Assembly: GCA_902540805.1 (NCBI GenBank)
Contig: CACBON010000001.1
Span: 85,777-149,776, forward strand
Source of the DNA: an uncultured Alphaproteobacteria bacterium
GTDB taxonomy: Bacteria > Pseudomonadota > Alphaproteobacteria > Methylaequorales > Methylaequoraceae
DNA: 64,000 nucleotides
Direction of reading: 5' to 3'
The notes beneath the pieces were generated by a model, which was not told the origin of the DNA, did not search any database, and was given only the letters and a program-made list of their open reading frames with translations. A program made the position numbers and the translations under genes. Position 1 is the first letter of the stretch; each line of letters starts with the position of its first letter. Below, piece by piece: positions 52,370 to 63,679 of the stretch.

Positions 52370-53543
52370 CTTTTTTAAAAACGAGTCTTATATGATTTAT
52401 AAAATAAACTATTGATAAAAATATGTAAATAACAGAATAATTTATTGAATAATTGACTGAAAAAAAAATAAATGGTGAAGCAAATATAGCTGCAGTAAGA
52501 AAAGAAAGGTTTAAGCTTGAAATGCATGAATTTTCTGTTGTTCTATTTATTTGTTGTTGAAGGATAAAGCAACAAATTGTGAAACTTGACACCAAAGATA
52601 AAAAAAATTTTAGAAAATCGATGCTATAACTTGATGAATGATTTACAAATGAACAAATTGAAGAAATTATTAGAACTGATATATTGAAAAATATTACAGA
52701 TTTTCTTCTACCTACAATATTGGCGAGCGGTGTTATAAAAAACAAAATTAGGTTAGTTAAAAATAAATATAAAAATCCATAACTCAAAAAATATAAGTTG
52801 TCAGGATTACTGAATTTAGGTAGCCAATTAGAAAAAGAAAAAAGTAAAAAACATAAAATAGGTATAAATAAAATAAAACTATTTATATAGTTAGTAACAA
52901 AAGAATTATTTTTTATATTATTGGAATCTAGCATTATATTTACATTTTTTTTTAAATGGAATTTGGAAAATACAAATATAACTAAAAGTAGAGTTATAAC
53001 TATTAGATAAAGTATTTTCCAACCACCATTATTTATAAAATCATTTGAAAAAATTTCATTTATTAAATTATAAAATAGTGAACCGCAGGCAATACCAAGA
53101 AAAATCGATATCCAATATTTTAATTGTAAAATATTTGTAACAAATTTTTGTTCGTTTATTAAAACATTTCTATAACTTAATGAAATTATAATACCCACGA
53201 AAACCCGAAAAATTACGAAAATTCCAATTGACAAAAAAATTGGAAATTCCTTTTGAATTATAACAGGTATAAAGTAAAGAAAGCATAAAATTAAGAATAG
53301 ATTTATTTTATTGATTTTTAATTTTTCTAATAACTTAGAAATTTTTAAGTCAAATATTCTGAAAATTAAAGATAATGAAGTAACAAAACATAAGATAACA
53401 ACACTTATTCTTGTATCTAATGACTCTAAAAGAAAAGAAGATAAAAAAATAACTAGAGAAAAGTTTATTGCAATATCCAAACCGTCTATTAAAGGAAGAA
53501 AATCATTCAAATTGAAATTAATCTGTTTCTTTGAAGTATTCAT
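52362..53543 (-). CDS. Polytopic membrane protein, hypothetical (transporter-like)
   Basis: 393 aa with about 10-12 TM segments. Overlaps mfd (4 nt) and ppiC (8 nt), so it is probably co-transcribed. Confidence 0.5.
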   Translation of the reverse strand: MNTSKKQINFNLNDFLPLIDGLDIAINFSLVIFLSSFLLESLDTRISVVILCFVTSLSLIFRIFDLKISKLLEKLKINKINLFLILCFLYFIPVIIQKEFPIFLSIGIFVIFRVFVGIIISLSYRNVLINEQKFVTNILQLKYWISIFLGIACGSLFYNLINEIFSNDFINNGGWKILYLIVITLLLVIFVFSKFHLKKNVNIMLDSNNIKNNSFVTNYINSFILFIPILCFLLFSFSNWLPKFSNPDNLYFLSYGFLYLFLTNLILFFITPLANIVGRRKSVIFFNISVLIISSICSFVNHSSSYSIDFLKFFLSLVSSFTICCFILQQQINRTTENSCISSLNLSFLTAAIFASPFIFFSVNYSINYSVIYIFLSIVYFINHIRLVFKKDG

Positions 53544-56500
53544 ATTTGTTTAGAGAGTATTTGTAAAAAATTTTTTAAACTCATGACTTTCTCTTCATCT
53601 TTAATTTTAACATTCTTAAAAAATAACTTTGAACTTGGCATCAATTTTAAAATTTTAGCGTTTTTTTCAACTAATTTTATAAGTTTTTCAACATTCATCA
53701 TATTATCATCTTTGAATTCCAGTACAAAACCTTTATTGGTTTTCTCAATTTTTTTTATATTCATCTTTTTGGCTTTTATTTTAATCTCAATTATATGAAA
53801 TAAATTTTTGAGAGAGTTAGGAATGTTTCCGAACCTATCAGTCAAGTTAGATAACATTTCTTTTAATTCGTCAATATTAACTATATTCGATATTTTTCGA
53901 TAAAACCTTAATCTCATATCCAAATCTTTAATGTAATTTTTTGGAATACTAATTTCGAATCCAAGTTTAATTACTGGTGACCAATCTCTATCAGGTGTTT
54001 TAATATTTTTAAGTTCGTCAATAGTTTCTTTTAGCATTTTATAATATAATTCAATACCAACCTCTTTAATATGACCCGACTGTTCTGATCCAACAATATT
54101 CCCTCCCCCTCTAAGATCAAGGTCACTAGAAGCAATAGACAAACCTGCACCAAGATTTTGAATTTTAGAAATAATTTTAAGTTTTTGAATCGAATTTTCG
54201 CTTATATTTTTAAAATCATCAAGAAGCAAATATGCATATGCTTGTCTACTTGATCTGCCTACTCTTCCTCTTAACTGATATAACTGAGAAAGACCAAATA
54301 ATTGTGGCTTTTCAATTATTATTGTATTCACATTAGAAATATCTAATCCAGATTCGATCATAGCTGTTGAGACCAATATTTTTGACTTTTTTAAAAAGAA
54401 TCTATTATAAGATTCTTCAATATTTTTATTGGACAATCTACCATGAATTACTTCTATTTTTTCATTAGGAATGAGATTATTTAAATTTTTTTGGATATTA
54501 TTTAAATCAGAAATTCTCGGTGCAACATAAAAAATCTGTCCATCACGATTAATTTCTTTTTGAATAATTTTTTTTAATTGTTTTTTTTCCTTCAACATAA
54601 GATAGGTTTTTATATTCAATCTACTAAGTGGTGGAGTTTTAATTAAAGAAATATTTTTTAATTGAAATATGGACGATTGTAATGTTCTTGGAATTGGTGT
54701 TGCAGTTAAAGTAAGGATATGACAATTTGGCTTAAATTTTTTTAGTATTTCTTTTTGTTCAACACCAAAACTCTGCTCCTCATCAATGATTATTAAACCT
54801 AACTTTTTAAACACAAGTTCACTTGATAATATTGCATGAGTTCCAATTAGAATATCAATATTTCCGTTTTCAATTTCTTCTTTAAGATTTTTTTTTTCAG
54901 TATCTGATTCTATTCTTGAAATTTTTTGTATTACATAATCAAAATTTTTAAATCTTTCTTTAAAATTTTTTATATGTTGATTCACTAAAAGTAATTTAGG
55001 GCATATCAATGCAACTTGGAATCCAGCTGAAACAGAAATAAATGAAGCTCTCATTGCTATTTCTGTTTTGCCAAAACCTACATCTCCGCAGATTAAACGG
55101 TCCATTGGCATACCTGAGGCCAAATCATTTTCAATTTGTTGTATTGATTTTAACTGATCTGATGTTTCAGTAAATTCAAATTCTGATGAGAATTTCTCAT
55201 ACTCAAAAGATTTAGGAATGAGAACATCACCTTTTTCTAATTTTCTCTTTGCTGCAGTTTTTAATAAATTCTCTGCAATGTCTTTTATACGATTCTTTAC
55301 TCTAGCTCTTCTTTGCTGCCAACTCTGTATACCTAACTTATCTAAGCTCACCTTAATTTCACTTTGACCATATTTTGAAATCTGATCTAGGTTTTCTACT
55401 GGAATTAACAATTTATCATTACCATGATATAGCAACTCCAAAAACTCTTGAACAATGTTATTAAACGTTCTTGTTATAAGTCCATTATATTTTCCAATAC
55501 CGTGGTCATTATGGACTATATAATCTCCGATTTTAAGATTTGAATAATCATCTATCAAATTTTCTTCTTTTATTGATTTAGAAATATATTTTTTCGAAGT
55601 TTTTCCATAAATTTCTTCATCGGCAATAAAATATAGTGAGTGAGTATTATTAAGATTTAAAACAAAACTATTATTTATTCTGAATTTATAGACTAAGAAG
55701 TTAAAGTTTATTCTAGTTAAATCGAAAAAATCTTGTTTAAAATTGTCTATATAGTTAATATTTTGTGAATTTAAAAAATTTAGAATTTTTTTTTTATTTA
55801 CATTTGAGGAATAGCAAAAAATTATAATTTCTCTTTTTTTTATTAAAGTTATTAACTTTTTTTGATTTAGTATTTTATTTTTATTAAAATTATATCTTGA
55901 TGAAAAATAATTTATTCCATCTTCTTTTGAATTTAACGGATTAAATGAAAGAGTATGTAATCTATTTTCAATTTTAGAATTTAATTCTTTTGAATTATAA
56001 AAATAATTACAATTTATTTTTTTTAAATCTTTATATTCATGAATATTGTCAAATGAATCGCATGTTACTTGTTTGAAATCCTTTTCAAAATTTGCGTCCA
56101 AAAAGATTTTATAACCATCTAAATATTCTAAAAAAGAATTAAAATTATTATTTAAGATTGGAAAAAACTGTTCTGAACCTGGTAAGACTATTTTTTGAGA
56201 AAGTGATTTATAATAATCGTCTTTATCCTTTAGTTTCAGTTGCCTAAATAAGCTTCTAAAACATTCTATATTCTCTGAATTGAACTGAAACTCAGAGGAT
56301 AAGCATAAATAATAATCATTAACAACACTTGTTGAAAGCTGGTCTTGTGTAGAAAACAAATTAAGTTTGTCTATTTTTTGAAAGTCAAATAAAATTCTAA
56401 GGGGTTGTTTATGAATTGGAGAGAAAATATCCATAATTTCTCCTCTAATTGCAAATTCGCCTTTATTATGCACAAAATCCACCCTTTCATACCCACCTTC

Positions 56501-56920
56501 AACTAAAAAATTAAGAATTTTGTCGTAGGTTAAAGAGCTTCTATTACTTATTACTAATTGAAATTTTTTTACTATTTCAATGTTAATTGTATTAGTTGCT
56601 ATGGCTTTAATAGAGCTTATAATTATATTATCTGATAAATCTGAGAAAACTAAATTATGAAGGCAATTTATTCGATCAGACTTATTTTTATTAGTAGGTG
56701 AAAGATTTGAAAAAAAAAAACAATCAAAACTTGGAAATTCAATTACATTCAATTTAGGGTTGATTTTAAGTAATTTATTTTTGATGTCATCGAAGTCGTA
56801 ATCAATACTGGAAAAATAGGCAATTTTTTTATATTTAGTGCACTGAGCAGCTAAAAAGAACTCTAATGAAGATTTATCTAATGCAAATTTATTTGATATT
56901 TCATTCACTTGATTTATCAT
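53540..56920 (-). CDS. mfd: Transcription-repair coupling factor
   Basis: 1126 aa. Central RNAP-interaction region (DYIVHNDHGIGKY), SF2 motifs GDVGFGKTE, IIDEEQSFG, LTATPIPRT, QLRGRVGRS, and a C-terminal TRCF domain. Confidence 0.95.
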   Translation of the reverse strand: MINQVNEISNKFALDKSSLEFFLAAQCTKYKKIAYFSSIDYDFDDIKNKLLKINPKLNVIEFPSFDCFFFSNLSPTNKNKSDRINCLHNLVFSDLSDNIIISSIKAIATNTINIEIVKKFQLVISNRSSLTYDKILNFLVEGGYERVDFVHNKGEFAIRGEIMDIFSPIHKQPLRILFDFQKIDKLNLFSTQDQLSTSVVNDYYLCLSSEFQFNSENIECFRSLFRQLKLKDKDDYYKSLSQKIVLPGSEQFFPILNNNFNSFLEYLDGYKIFLDANFEKDFKQVTCDSFDNIHEYKDLKKINCNYFYNSKELNSKIENRLHTLSFNPLNSKEDGINYFSSRYNFNKNKILNQKKLITLIKKREIIIFCYSSNVNKKKILNFLNSQNINYIDNFKQDFFDLTRINFNFLVYKFRINNSFVLNLNNTHSLYFIADEEIYGKTSKKYISKSIKEENLIDDYSNLKIGDYIVHNDHGIGKYNGLITRTFNNIVQEFLELLYHGNDKLLIPVENLDQISKYGQSEIKVSLDKLGIQSWQQRRARVKNRIKDIAENLLKTAAKRKLEKGDVLIPKSFEYEKFSSEFEFTETSDQLKSIQQIENDLASGMPMDRLICGDVGFGKTEIAMRASFISVSAGFQVALICPKLLLVNQHIKNFKERFKNFDYVIQKISRIESDTEKKNLKEEIENGNIDILIGTHAILSSELVFKKLGLIIIDEEQSFGVEQKEILKKFKPNCHILTLTATPIPRTLQSSIFQLKNISLIKTPPLSRLNIKTYLMLKEKKQLKKIIQKEINRDGQIFYVAPRISDLNNIQKNLNNLIPNEKIEVIHGRLSNKNIEESYNRFFLKKSKILVSTAMIESGLDISNVNTIIIEKPQLFGLSQLYQLRGRVGRSSRQAYAYLLLDDFKNISENSIQKLKIISKIQNLGAGLSIASSDLDLRGGGNIVGSEQSGHIKEVGIELYYKMLKETIDELKNIKTPDRDWSPVIKLGFEISIPKNYIKDLDMRLRFYRKISNIVNIDELKEMLSNLTDRFGNIPNSLKNLFHIIEIKIKAKKMNIKKIEKTNKGFVLEFKDDNMMNVEKLIKLVEKNAKILKLMPSSKLFFKNVKIKDEEKVMSLKNFLQILSKQI

Positions 56921-57185
56921 TACAAGTTTTAAAAATTTTTTTCATTACAGGATTGTCATAATTAGCAGGTATCTTTTCTTTTTTTAAAATAATATCCAAA
57001 AGAAGATTATCTGGTAGATTTAAAATTTCTTCAAGTTCTTTGAATTCTTGGTCATTTAATTTATATTTATATGTGTTGACGAATTTTTCAAATATAATAT
57101 CTAATTCTTTAATTCCTCTGTACTTAGCTCTATGTAGAATTTTTTTTTTAGAAGATGTATTCATAATAAAAACTTTTTGGAGCAT
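56901..57185 (-). CDS. sdhE: Succinate dehydrogenase assembly factor 2 / SdhE (DUF339) family protein
   Basis: 94 aa. LHRAKYRGIKELDIIFEKF...EFKELEEIL matches the SdhE pattern (RGxxExD). The start could be the internal ATG at 57164. Confidence 0.7.
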   Translation of the reverse strand: MLQKVFIMNTSSKKKILHRAKYRGIKELDIIFEKFVNTYKYKLNDQEFKELEEILNLPDNLLLDIILKKEKIPANYDNPVMKKIFKTCNDKSSE

Positions 57186-57190
57186 TTTAA

Positions 57191-59257
57191 ATGAACAATT
57201 TGAAAAATAAAAATATTTTTAATAATTTCAATTTTTTACGAACAAATTTAACAATAAAAAACATCATCAGCCATTTCGGAAAAAGAATTATTGATCTTTT
57301 TACTCATATGCCACTCAGTATTAATGAGAATATTTTAGTTGAGGAAATCAAACCGATTCATTTCGAAAAAATTATCTCATGTGACTTGTTAGTGAATAAA
57401 TATGAAAAAAAGTACAGTAAAAACGCTCCATTTAAGATTCTATGCGAAAATAAAAAAAAACAAAAAATTGAACTTCTTTTTTTTAATATGAATGAATTTC
57501 AAGTCAAAAATTATATTAAACTAGAAAATATATACAGAATCTCGGGTAAATTAGTTTATGTAAAGAATAAGCTTCAAATTATCCATCCATCAGGAGTTTT
57601 AAATGAGAAAGATTTCTTTTATTTCGACAAATTTGAACCCCAATATGATTTATCAAGAAAAAAGATTAACAAAAAAATTTTCAGAAAGTTTGTTAAAAAT
57701 TATATAGATATCATTGAATCTTATAATTTTCCAGAAGAATGGATCCTAAAAAAGTTTAGAAAAAAAAATTGGAACTCTTTTAAAGATTCTCTTTTACACC
57801 TTCACAACCCCAATGCTATTGGTGAAATAAAATTACTAGAAAAAAATCGTCAAAGACTTGCATATGATGAGCTTCTCGCAAGTTATATAATTTTTTATGA
57901 ACTAAAAAAAAAAATTAATTTAAAAAATAATATTCCACCAATTTTAAATTATGAATTGTCAAATGAAATTCAAAGCAAACTTTCATTCAAACTTACAAAA
58001 GATCAATTAACAACTTTGCAGGACATAAAATATGACTTATCATTAAAGAAACAAATGTATAGACTAATACAGGGTGATGTTGGTTCTGGGAAGACAATAG
58101 TTGCACTGTTAATTGTTGCCGATGTAATTAAAAGCGGATTTCAAGTAGTCTTAATGGCTCCAACAGAAATATTAGCCAATCAGCATTTTGATTATTTCAA
58201 TAAACTACTTTCTCCGTTAAATATTAAAACTGAAATACTCACTGGTAAAACCAAAAATAAAAAAGATATTTACGCTCGTTTAGCAAAGAAAAATATCGAT
58301 ATTTTAATTGGAACTCACAGCGTTTACAATTCCTCTATCGAGTTCTATAAATTGGGTCTTATAGTCATAGACGAACAACACAAGTTTGGTGTAAGACAAA
58401 GAATTAATCTTTTAGAAAAATCAGCTGGATGTCATACTTTAATAATGTCTGCAACACCAATTCCAAGAAGTCTTTCTTTTGTAATGTATGGCGAAATATC
58501 TATTTCGAATATTAAGTCTAAACCCCAAGGAAGAAAAGAAGTAATTACGTCTTTAATAAATAAAAATCAGATTGAAACACTAATAGAAGGTATTGAGAGA
58601 AAACTTATTAAGAATGAACAAATATTTTGGATTTTACCCACTATAGGAACATTAGATTCTGAAGAGCAAACTTTAATCACAAGATATGAATACCTAAGGA
58701 AACGATTTAAAAAGAAAGTTGGTTTTATTCACGGTAAAGTGAAAAAAGAAGATGCTGACAGAGTAATGCAGGACTTTAAAGATCAAAAAATTATGATTCT
58801 TGTATCTACAACCGTTATTGAGGTTGGAATTAATATTCCTAATGCAACATTAATGATAATCGAAAATGTTGAAAGATTTGGACTTGCACAACTTCATCAA
58901 CTTAGAGGAAGAGTAACTAGAGGTAATCTTCAATCAAATTGCGTTTTAATTTATAATCAAAATTTATCAGAGTTATCAAAACAACGACTTTTGATTCTAA
59001 AAAAAAGCAGTGATGGCTTTGAAATCGCTGAAAAGGATCTCTATTTGAGGGGAGCTGGTGATTTTTTTGGAACAAACCAAACTGGGCTGCCATCATGGAA
59101 ATTTTTCAGACCTCATGAAGATCACACACTTCTTAATTCTGTTAAAGAAAATTCAGAATATTTAATAAAAAATTATGTGGAGAACATAGATAAAATTGAG
59201 TTTCTACAGAAAATTTTTTACCAAGAGAAAAATTTTAAGAATTTTTATTCCGTTTAG
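57191..59257 (+). CDS. recG: ATP-dependent DNA helicase RecG
   Basis: 688 aa. GGAG SD, wedge/OB N-terminus, FKLTKDQ, GDVGSGKT, VIDEQHKFG, MSATPIPRS, QLRGRVTRG. Confidence 0.95.
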   Translation: MNNLKNKNIFNNFNFLRTNLTIKNIISHFGKRIIDLFTHMPLSINENILVEEIKPIHFEKIISCDLLVNKYEKKYSKNAPFKILCENKKKQKIELLFFNMNEFQVKNYIKLENIYRISGKLVYVKNKLQIIHPSGVLNEKDFFYFDKFEPQYDLSRKKINKKIFRKFVKNYIDIIESYNFPEEWILKKFRKKNWNSFKDSLLHLHNPNAIGEIKLLEKNRQRLAYDELLASYIIFYELKKKINLKNNIPPILNYELSNEIQSKLSFKLTKDQLTTLQDIKYDLSLKKQMYRLIQGDVGSGKTIVALLIVADVIKSGFQVVLMAPTEILANQHFDYFNKLLSPLNIKTEILTGKTKNKKDIYARLAKKNIDILIGTHSVYNSSIEFYKLGLIVIDEQHKFGVRQRINLLEKSAGCHTLIMSATPIPRSLSFVMYGEISISNIKSKPQGRKEVITSLINKNQIETLIEGIERKLIKNEQIFWILPTIGTLDSEEQTLITRYEYLRKRFKKKVGFIHGKVKKEDADRVMQDFKDQKIMILVSTTVIEVGINIPNATLMIIENVERFGLAQLHQLRGRVTRGNLQSNCVLIYNQNLSELSKQRLLILKKSSDGFEIAEKDLYLRGAGDFFGTNQTGLPSWKFFRPHEDHTLLNSVKENSEYLIKNYVENIDKIEFLQKIFYQEKNFKNFYSV

Positions 59258-59858
59258 ATTCTAATTTAATTATACCTGCTGATACAATTGTTTTAATTGC
59301 GTCATCAACACTAACATTTAATTTTTTTAATTCGGTATTAGGAACCATTAAAAGAAAACCAGATGTTGGGTTGGGTGTTGTTGGGATAAAAACATTGGTA
59401 AGTTTTTTTTTCAATCTGTTTTTAACCTCACCCTCAACATCGCCTGTTGTAAAACCTATAACCCACACTCCTTTTCTGGGATATTCAACCAGAACTGCTT
59501 CTCTGAAGGCGTCAGAATTTGTTTTGAGAATCGTTTCCAAAATTTGTTTTATTGTTTTATAAAAAACTTTTATCAATGGAATTCTTTGTATTATCAAATC
59601 AGTTTTCTTAAGAAGCCATGAACCGAAGAAATTGGCTGTCAATGAACCAATTACAACCATAAATAAAATGAGTACTATGAGACCTAACCCTGGAACATCT
59701 CTTGGTAGATAAAAATTAGGATTTAAATAATATGGTATGACAGGTGTGATAAGCCTGTCAAATAAGTTAATAAGTGAGATCACAATCCAAAAAGTAATGA
59801 CAACTGGTGCAGTTACTAGGATTCCAGTAAAAAAATAGTTTTTTAATCTAGCCCACAT
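59235..59858 (-). CDS. DUF502-family membrane protein
   Basis: 207 aa with two N-terminal TMs and a conserved PxxGxG...YPRKG.W..GF core. Its 3' end overlaps the recG 3' end by 23 nt (convergent). Confidence 0.7.
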   Translation of the reverse strand: MWARLKNYFFTGILVTAPVVITFWIVISLINLFDRLITPVIPYYLNPNFYLPRDVPGLGLIVLILFMVVIGSLTANFFGSWLLKKTDLIIQRIPLIKVFYKTIKQILETILKTNSDAFREAVLVEYPRKGVWVIGFTTGDVEGEVKNRLKKKLTNVFIPTTPNPTSGFLLMVPNTELKKLNVSVDDAIKTIVSAGIIKLESKRNKNS

Positions 59859-59875
59859 TTAGCGCTCAAGTCTTT

Positions 59876-59951
59876 TGGTACGCCCGATGAGGCTCGAACT
59901 CATGACAACTCCCTTAAAAGGGGAGTGCTCTACCAACTGAGCTACGGGCGC
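59876..59951 (-). tRNA. tRNA-Lys (anticodon UUU)
   Basis: The reverse complement folds with anticodon arm CTCCC-CTTTTAA-GGGAG, T-arm ATGAG-TTCGAGC-CTCAT, acceptor GCGCCCG/CGGGCGT (G1-U72 wobble), and encoded CCA. Confidence 0.85.
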
Positions 59952-60004
59952 ATTGTTAGTTAGGATATAGTAAAATTAGATGATTTTCACAACAAAAATT
60001 TATT

Positions 60005-60532
60005 TTATTTTAATCTCATTGTAATAATTTTGGTCGGGTTTCTGAGAACTTGTCCGTTTTGGCCTTTTCCCTCTGGAATTCTGTCAATTAAGTTCATCCC
60101 TTCAATAACTTTACCCCAGACTGTGTATTTGCCGTCCAAAAATGGATGAATGTCATAACAAATAAAAAATTGACTGTCAGCTGAATCTGGGTCGTTTGCT
60201 CTTGCCATTGATACAATTCCTCTTTCATGTTTAATATCATTAAATTCAGCTTTTATGTTTTTACCGCTGCCGCCAGTTCCATCGCCTTTTGGATCCCCAC
60301 CTTGAGCCATAAAACCTGATATAACTCTATGAAAAGTCAAACCGTCGTAAAATCCAGATTCCGACAATTCTATTATCCTTTTAACTGTATTGGGTGCTTT
60401 TTCTGGGAAAGTTTTAATTTTTACTATTCCCTTCTCTAAAACCATGTGGAGTACGGGACTCTCTGTTGCAACAGAATTAGTAAATATAAAAAAAATACAA
60501 GTTTTTACAAAATATCTTAAAAATTTAAACAT
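60005..60532 (-). CDS. Cyclophilin-type peptidyl-prolyl cis-trans isomerase, periplasmic
   Basis: 175 aa with a signal peptide. FHRVISGFMAQGGDP...GTGG...SMAR...DSQFFI cyclophilin motifs. Confidence 0.9.
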   Translation of the reverse strand: MFKFLRYFVKTCIFFIFTNSVATESPVLHMVLEKGIVKIKTFPEKAPNTVKRIIELSESGFYDGLTFHRVISGFMAQGGDPKGDGTGGSGKNIKAEFNDIKHERGIVSMARANDPDSADSQFFICYDIHPFLDGKYTVWGKVIEGMNLIDRIPEGKGQNGQVLRNPTKIITMRLK

Positions 60533-61038
60533 TATTTTTCCTTTCTTTTTATTTCAAACATTTTGAGAACGTTCTCTGGAACGAAATTCTTAATCTCACC
60601 ATCGTAAAATGCAATTTCTTTCACAAATCTTGCAGAGGTTAATTGAAGATTTTCAGATGCCATCAAAAAAATAGTTTCTATTTCAGGACCTAACTTAGAG
60701 TTCATACCAGCCATCTGAAACTCGTATTCAAAATCTGCTACAGCTCTTAAGCCTCTGATGATAACTTTTGCTTTACATTTTTTTGCATGTTCGACTAACA
60801 AATTATCAAAACCTACAACGTCTATATCACAACTTTTTATATCAATAATGTTTAACGACTCTTTAATCATATTAATTCTTTCGTCTATTTGAAAAAAAGG
60901 CTTTTTATGTTTATTTTCTGCAACACTTATAATCAATTTATTAACTATGTGAGATGCTCGGTGAATGATATCCAGGTGTCCGAAAGTCACAGGGTCAAAT
61001 GTTCCAGGATAAATTCCTGTAATTAGATTGTCAGTCAT
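60532..61038 (-). CDS. coaD: Phosphopantetheine adenylyltransferase
   Basis: 168 aa. [18 protein letters not shown] (T/HxGH nucleotidyltransferase motif), [12 protein letters not shown]. Confidence 0.95.
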   Translation of the reverse strand: MTDNLITGIYPGTFDPVTFGHLDIIHRASHIVNKLIISVAENKHKKPFFQIDERINMIKESLNIIDIKSCDIDVVGFDNLLVEHAKKCKAKVIIRGLRAVADFEYEFQMAGMNSKLGPEIETIFLMASENLQLTSARFVKEIAFYDGEIKNFVPENVLKMFEIKRKEK

Positions 61039-63667
61039 TTTCCTCTAATTTAGCAACGGAAACAACTTTTTCTTCATCGGATACATTAAAGAGTGTTACA
61101 CCCTGAGTTTGCCTTCCTCCAATTCTAACGTCATTTACAGGACATCTAATTAACTTCCCCTTGTCTGTAACTAGAACTAGCTGATCACTGTTATTAATTG
61201 GAAAAGACGCTACCACCTGACTTCCATTTCTATTGCTTAGCTGCATATTTGCAATTCCAAGTCCGCCTCTTTTTGTTTTTCTGTATTCAAACGCAGAACT
61301 TCTTTTACCGAAACCCTTATCTGTAACACTTAAAATAAATTCCTCATTTTCTTGCAAATTTTTAAACTTTTCATCATTTAAATTATTATTTTCTATCTTT
61401 TCATTTTTTCTCATTAAATTGCTTATTCTCAGATATTCGTCTCTTTCAGTAACATCAAAGTCAATACCATTAAGAATTGCTAATGAAATAACTGTATCAC
61501 CTTTTGAAAGTTTTATGCCTCTTACCCCTATAGACGATCTACCTGAGAAAATTCTGAGATCACTGCATGAAAATCGAATACATTTTCCTAGTTTAGTTGA
61601 TAAAAAGATATTTGAATCCTCTGAGCATGTTAATACATTTACCAACTTGTCGTCATCATTTAATTTCATGGCAATTTTTCCATTTGAATTGATATTGTGA
61701 AAATCAGTAAGTTTATTTCTCCTAATGTTTCCTGAAGATGTAGCAAAAATTATATTATTTTCCGATACATCATATGGCATTGTTGCTGTTATTTTTTCTC
61801 CACTTCTTAAAGGAAGTAAATTTACCAGAGCTTTTCCTTTAGAGGTCGGGCTTCCAATCGGTAATTTGTATGTTTTCAGTTTATACACAATTCCTCTTGA
61901 TGAAAAAAATAGTAGTGGAGCAAGTGTATTCACTGCAAAAACCTCACTAACAAAATCTTCTTGTTTAGTTGTCATTCCTGCTCTACCTTTTCCACCTCGT
62001 TTTTGTGCTCTGTAAGAATTTAGTGGAACTCTTTTTATATATCCTGTATGCGTCAATGTAACTACAACGTCCTCGGACTTAATAAGTGATTCGTCATCAA
62101 TGATTTCTTCATTCTCAGATATCTCAGTTTGTCGTGAAGATCCTATTTTTTCTTTTATTTGATGTAACTCTTCAATGATTACTTCGTTAAGTTTATCTGT
62201 CGAAGATAAAATTTTTAAATAATAATTTATTAAATTTACACATTCCTTCAAATCATTAATTAATTTGGACCTCTCCAACCCTGTCAGTCTACTCAACTTT
62301 ATCTCTAAAATTGCTTTAGCTTGGGTATCAGTGATCTTAAAATTACCAGTTTTAATTAAACTTTCATTATCTGCATTAATAAAGTCTTTAATAAAATTGT
62401 CAGATGGGATTTTCCAACTTTGAGAGGTCAATTTGTTTTTTGCATCACTTGAGTCTTTTGAGGATTTAATAAGTTCAATTATTAAATCAATATTTTCCAG
62501 AGCTACAGAAAGTCCTAGTAGTATGTGTGCCTTTTCTCTTGTTTTCTTTAAATGATATTTGGTTCTTTTATAAACGACATCTTTTCTAAAATTTGTGAAA
62601 AGTTCTAAATATCTTCTTAAATTTAATAATTCTGGAACCCCATTGTTTAATGCCAACATATTTATTCCAAATGAAGTCTGCAATGACGTAAATTTGTATA
62701 ATTGGTTCATCACTACGTCAGCTTGAACATCTCTTTTTAAATCAATTACAACTCTCACCCCTTCTCTATTGGATTCATCTCTCAGTTCAGAAATTCCATC
62801 TATAATTTTTTCTTTTGCTACTTTTGCAATGTTTTCAATCAATTGAGACTTCTTTATAGAATAAGGAATCTCTGAAATAATTATAGATTCTCTCCCTTTT
62901 TTCGAATTTTCTACAGATGTTTTAGCTCTTATTATTATTGAACCTTTACCTCTTGAGTAAGCATCTTTAATACCAGTTTTCCCAACAATTATTCCTCCAG
63001 TAGGGAAATCTGGTCCTTTTACCAAGTCAAGTAAATCGTCATCTGAGACGTTAGGTTCTAAAATAATTTTACAACAAGCATCAATAATTTCATTTGGACA
63101 ATGTGGAGGAATTTTAGTTGCCATACCTACTGCAATTCCCTCTGAACCATTTATTAATAAGTTGGGAAACTCAGCAGGGAGCAGTTCTGGTTCAAAAGCT
63201 GTTCCATCATAATTTTCTTTAAAATTAACGGTTTCGTTGTCAATGTCATTCACAAGAAATGAAGCTATTGGAGATAGTTTAGCTTCTGTATATCTCATAG
63301 CAGCTGCGGAATCGCCATCCATTGAACCAAAGTTTCCTTGGCCATCAATTAGCGGAACCCTCATACTGAAATCCTGGGCTAATCGAACCATTGCATCATA
63401 TATAGCAGAATCACCATGAGGATGGTATTTACCCATTACATCACCAACGATTCTTGCAGATTTCCTAGAGGGTTTTCCTGCAGTATATCCAGCCTCATTC
63501 ATTGCATAAATAATTCTTCTGTGAACTGGTTTTAATCCATCACATACATCTGGCAAAGCTCTAGAAACTATGACACTCATGGCATAGTCTAAGAAAGAGT
63601 TCTCCATTTCTCTTTCTATAAAAATACTTCCTTTTTCTATATTTTCTGGCTTACTGTCGTCAATCAT
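61031..63667 (-). CDS. gyrA: DNA gyrase subunit A
   Basis: 878 aa. [43 protein letters not shown] active-site Tyr region, and C-terminal beta-pinwheel repeats. Confidence 0.97.
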   Translation of the reverse strand: MIDDSKPENIEKGSIFIEREMENSFLDYAMSVIVSRALPDVCDGLKPVHRRIIYAMNEAGYTAGKPSRKSARIVGDVMGKYHPHGDSAIYDAMVRLAQDFSMRVPLIDGQGNFGSMDGDSAAAMRYTEAKLSPIASFLVNDIDNETVNFKENYDGTAFEPELLPAEFPNLLINGSEGIAVGMATKIPPHCPNEIIDACCKIILEPNVSDDDLLDLVKGPDFPTGGIIVGKTGIKDAYSRGKGSIIIRAKTSVENSKKGRESIIISEIPYSIKKSQLIENIAKVAKEKIIDGISELRDESNREGVRVVIDLKRDVQADVVMNQLYKFTSLQTSFGINMLALNNGVPELLNLRRYLELFTNFRKDVVYKRTKYHLKKTREKAHILLGLSVALENIDLIIELIKSSKDSSDAKNKLTSQSWKIPSDNFIKDFINADNESLIKTGNFKITDTQAKAILEIKLSRLTGLERSKLINDLKECVNLINYYLKILSSTDKLNEVIIEELHQIKEKIGSSRQTEISENEEIIDDESLIKSEDVVVTLTHTGYIKRVPLNSYRAQKRGGKGRAGMTTKQEDFVSEVFAVNTLAPLLFFSSRGIVYKLKTYKLPIGSPTSKGKALVNLLPLRSGEKITATMPYDVSENNIIFATSSGNIRRNKLTDFHNINSNGKIAMKLNDDDKLVNVLTCSEDSNIFLSTKLGKCIRFSCSDLRIFSGRSSIGVRGIKLSKGDTVISLAILNGIDFDVTERDEYLRISNLMRKNEKIENNNLNDEKFKNLQENEEFILSVTDKGFGKRSSAFEYRKTKRGGLGIANMQLSNRNGSQVVASFPINNSDQLVLVTDKGKLIRCPVNDVRIGGRQTQGVTLFNVSDEEKVVSVAKLEEND

Positions 63668-63679
63668 AAACTTTTTTTT

